A DNA stretch of 64,000 nt from Torpedo marmorata (lineage: Eukaryota). The stretch is taken from assembly GCA_977017645.1 (NCBI GenBank), contig OZ360221.1:151156001-151220000 (forward strand), given 5' to 3'. The position numbers were made by a program, and so were the translations under genes. The notes beneath the pieces were generated by a model. That model worked only from the letters and a program-made list of their open reading frames with translations, made no database searches and was not told the DNA's origin. Below, one piece after another: positions 60,984-64,000 of the stretch (its first letter is position 1; each line of letters opens with the position of its first letter).

Positions 60984-62444
60984 ATGTCTGCTAAGAAAAT
61001 GAAGGAGCAAAAGTTAAAGAAAACGATGTTTAGAGAAAGTCTAACTCAAGAGGAAAATCGGCCTACCTTAGCGTTGGAGCCTTGGGATCAAGTTCCTCTC
61101 CCCCCGAGGAAGATGCAGAAGAGGACAGAGAAGGTAACTGCAGCACCAGCGCCGTCCTCCCGGGGAGCTGGGGAAAATGGCGCTGGTGCTTGAAGAAAAT
61201 TTAAAGAACTACAACTTCCGGTTAAAGAACTACAACTTCCGGTGGAACCTCAGCGCATGCGCGAAACGACGCGCATGCGCGATAATGATCGCGAACTGTC
61301 AGCTACAGCTGACAGTGGAAGAAAAGTGTCGCAAACGCTCTGTTATGAAGCTGAGCAGGATTTTTCGCCGTTGGTAGATTCAGAAGAGCAGAGAGGAAGA
61401 AGGATATCAAGAATTGGAAGGAGGAATACAAGAGATGGAGGGAGAGGAGCAAGAAGAAATAAGTGAAGAAGAGGAGGCTCCAGTGCTTCTAGGTAGACAA
61501 GAATTATCAATGACACTTATTTAAGCTATGGACAGATTAACAAAAGAAGTTGCATCACTGAATCAACGTATGCAACATGGATTTAAAGAGGTCAAGGAAG
61601 AAATAAAAGCTGTTAAACAAGATATGAAAAAACATTCAAACATTGTGGATAAAGTGCTACTGAGGGTTCAAAAAATTGAAGAGAATGTTAAGGAACATTA
61701 CGAGGATTTGGTGGACTATAAGGACAGAGTGGACAAAGTGGAAGATTCGTTCACAGGTTGGGAGCTACAAAAGAATGAACTTTTACAAAAATTGTATTGG
61801 AAAACCAGAGTCGGAGAAACAATGTGAAAATTGTGGGACTGCCCGAAGATTTTGAAGGAACAAATCCAACAATATTTTTTCAAGAATGGATTCCACGGAC
61901 CTTGGGAAGGGATCATTTTACGGATGGACTTGAACTGGATAGAGCTCATAGAGATAGCAGGAGAAAACCATATCCTGGTCAAAGGCCACGCTCAATTCTA
62001 ATTAGGTGCCTCAGATACCAGGATAAAGAAAAAATATTGAAATTGGCTGTTCAAAAGGCAAGAATTCAGCATGGCCCGTTGATAATCGATAAAAGTAGGG
62101 TGTTTGTTTATGCTGATTTGAGTTCGATAATTATAAAAAAACGGAAAGAATTTAATCCGGCAAAAGCGGTTTTGTGGGGAAAAGGATATAAATTTTCTTT
62201 TAGATATCCTGTGACATTGAAAGTTCAGTCTGCAGAGAACCAGTCACTTTTCTTTACTGACCCTCAAGAAGCTCTACAGCATGCAAATATACTTCCGGAA
62301 TTAAAGAAAGATCAAGATTTTTCGGGGCGACATCAAGTCATCTTACCGGCTCAAAAATTGCTCTCGCCAAGAGTCTTGGAACAAGAAAATGGGGTCGTAA
62401 CCAATGAGGATCAAATTAATAGAGATCTTGAAGTTGTTGGATGA
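60984..62444 (+). pseudogene. L1 ORF1 (coiled-coil, RRM, CTD), frameshifted
   Basis: ENQSRRNNVKIVGLPE, ELDRAHR, PRSILIR, YADLS motifs spread over several frames. Confidence 0.88.
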
Positions 62445-62731
62445 AGAGACGATAACAAAATTTGTTGGAAATCTGTATGGGGGGAGGTGGACATTTTGTC
62501 TTCTTCGTACCTAGTCGCGCGTCATTTTAGTGGCGAGGGCCACTTCCCGAGCAATGGAGGGTGGTAGTACTGATGTAAATATACCAGTATTATATATAGT
62601 GGGTTCTTTAGTTCTCTATTCTCTTTTTATATCCTTTTCTCTTTTTCTTTCTAAGGAGATGTCAAATAGATTACAGATGTGGAAGGGGGAGCCGGCGGAT
62701 CCGATGGAGAGAGAGTTATTATATATCAGCA

Positions 62732-64000
62732 ATGGCGGACAGTAAATTAATAAATGTAGTCAGTATTAATATAAATGGGCTTAATAATCCGATTAAAAGG
62801 AAGAACATTTTAGCATACATCAAAAAGCTAAATGTAGACATACCTTTATTACAAGAGACGCATCTGACTGATTTAGAACATCAGAAGTTGAAAAGAGAAT
62901 GGGTTAGTCAAGTGGTAGCATCTTCATTTAACTCTAAGGCTAAAGGTGTTGCTATACTAATTAATAAGAAGTTACCCTTTAAAATACAATTGGTGGTTAC
63001 TGATGTGTCAGGAAGATATGTCTTAATAAACTGTCAGATATATTCAGAAATGTGGACTCTTATGAATATATATGTGCCAAATACGCAAGATGACCAATTT
63101 ATTCAGGATTCCTTTATGCATTTGTCAGAGGCAAACGATAATATTTTAATTGGTGGAGATTTTAATTGTTGTTTAGACCCAGTAACGGATAAAACATCCA
63201 AATCAATCATTAGAACTAAAACTGCTAAAAGAATTCTTACTATGATGAAAGATCTGAATTTAATTGATATTTGGAGGAAGTTGAATCCGAGAGAAAAAGA
63301 CTACTCTTTTTATTCTTCTAGACATGATTCTTATTCTAGAATAGACATGTTTTTGCTGTCATCACAATTACAAGATAGGGTGACTCAAGTACAATATAAG
63401 GCAAGATTAATTTCTGACCATTCGCCTTTATTAATGTCATGCATAATTCCGGAAAAAGAAAAAATTATATATAGATGGAGGTTTAACTCTTCTTTACTAA
63501 AAAGAGCGGATTTTTGTAAATATATAAGAAGAGAAATCCAAGAATTCTTACAGATTAACTCGGATTCCATTGAAAATAAATTTATTATTTGGGATGCTTT
63601 GAAAGCGTATTTAAGAGGTCAGATAATAAGTTATTCAGCAAAAGTTAAGAAAGAAAATATTCAGGAATTGGATAACTTAGAGAAGGAGATTGAGTTTTTG
63701 GAGAAGGATTTACAAAAAAAGAGATCAGAAGAAAAGAAGAAAGATTTAATTGAGAAAAAATTATATTATAATACGTTACAAACATATAAATTGGAAAAAC
63801 TCATTGAAAGAACTAAGCAAAGGTATTATGAATTGGGAGAAAGAGCTCATAAAGTTTTAGCCTGGCAATTAAAGAAGGAACAAACCTCTAGAACTATAAC
63901 GGCTATAAAAAGAATTCTAAGAAAATAACTTATAAACCGCGAGAAATAAATGATTCTTTCAAAGATTTTTATTTGTATTTATATACATTTCAAGTCAATA
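62732..64000 (+). pseudogene. L1 ORF2 N-terminal part (APE endonuclease), frameshift near 63910
   Basis: 398-aa ORF with NINGL, LQETH, GGDFN, SRIDMF, SDHSP; the homologous ITYKPREINDSF continues in another frame. Confidence 0.9.

Larger units (their letters stand above)
60853..64000 (+). mobile_element. L1 starting at its apparent 5' end, running off the window
   Basis: GGGGGGCGTGG start, short 5' UTR, ORF1, spacer, ORF2. Confidence 0.9.

Overview
Vertebrate, almost certainly cartilaginous-fish, non-genic DNA. The taxon is inferred from HER1/CR1-type LINEs, V-core tRNA SINEs and Rex1/L1 families. I can recognise no host gene, and most of the window is nested retroelements with two assembly gaps. 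LTR elements: (i) two full-length Gypsy elements (7261-11682 minus; 17126-21694 plus, with a 1297-aa uninterrupted gag-pol) and two solo LTRs of one TGTGGTAAACCAC...ATCA LTR group; (ii) a 14-kb class III (ERV-S/L-like) endogenous retrovirus, 12350-26380, with a tRNA-Ser-type PBS and three nested insertions; (iii) two CsRn1-like Gypsy elements; (iv) a Gmr1-like element with integrase before RT and the RT core deleted. Other elements: CR1, Rex1 and L1 LINEs, SINEs, and a palindrome-rich Harbinger-like MITE. Best leads: (a) the TGTGGTAAACCAC Gypsy group has no tRNA PBS; its PBS position is perfectly complementary, with covariation and a fixed 55-nt spacing, to its own LTR segment overlapping AATAAA, suggesting self-priming; (b) the ERV has a short, decayed membrane-glycoprotein-like ORF with a possible Ig-type motif where env should be; (c) there is a stack of L1s, at least one with a textbook twin-priming 5' inversion. 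Coordinates were read by eye and degraded-element boundaries are approximate.
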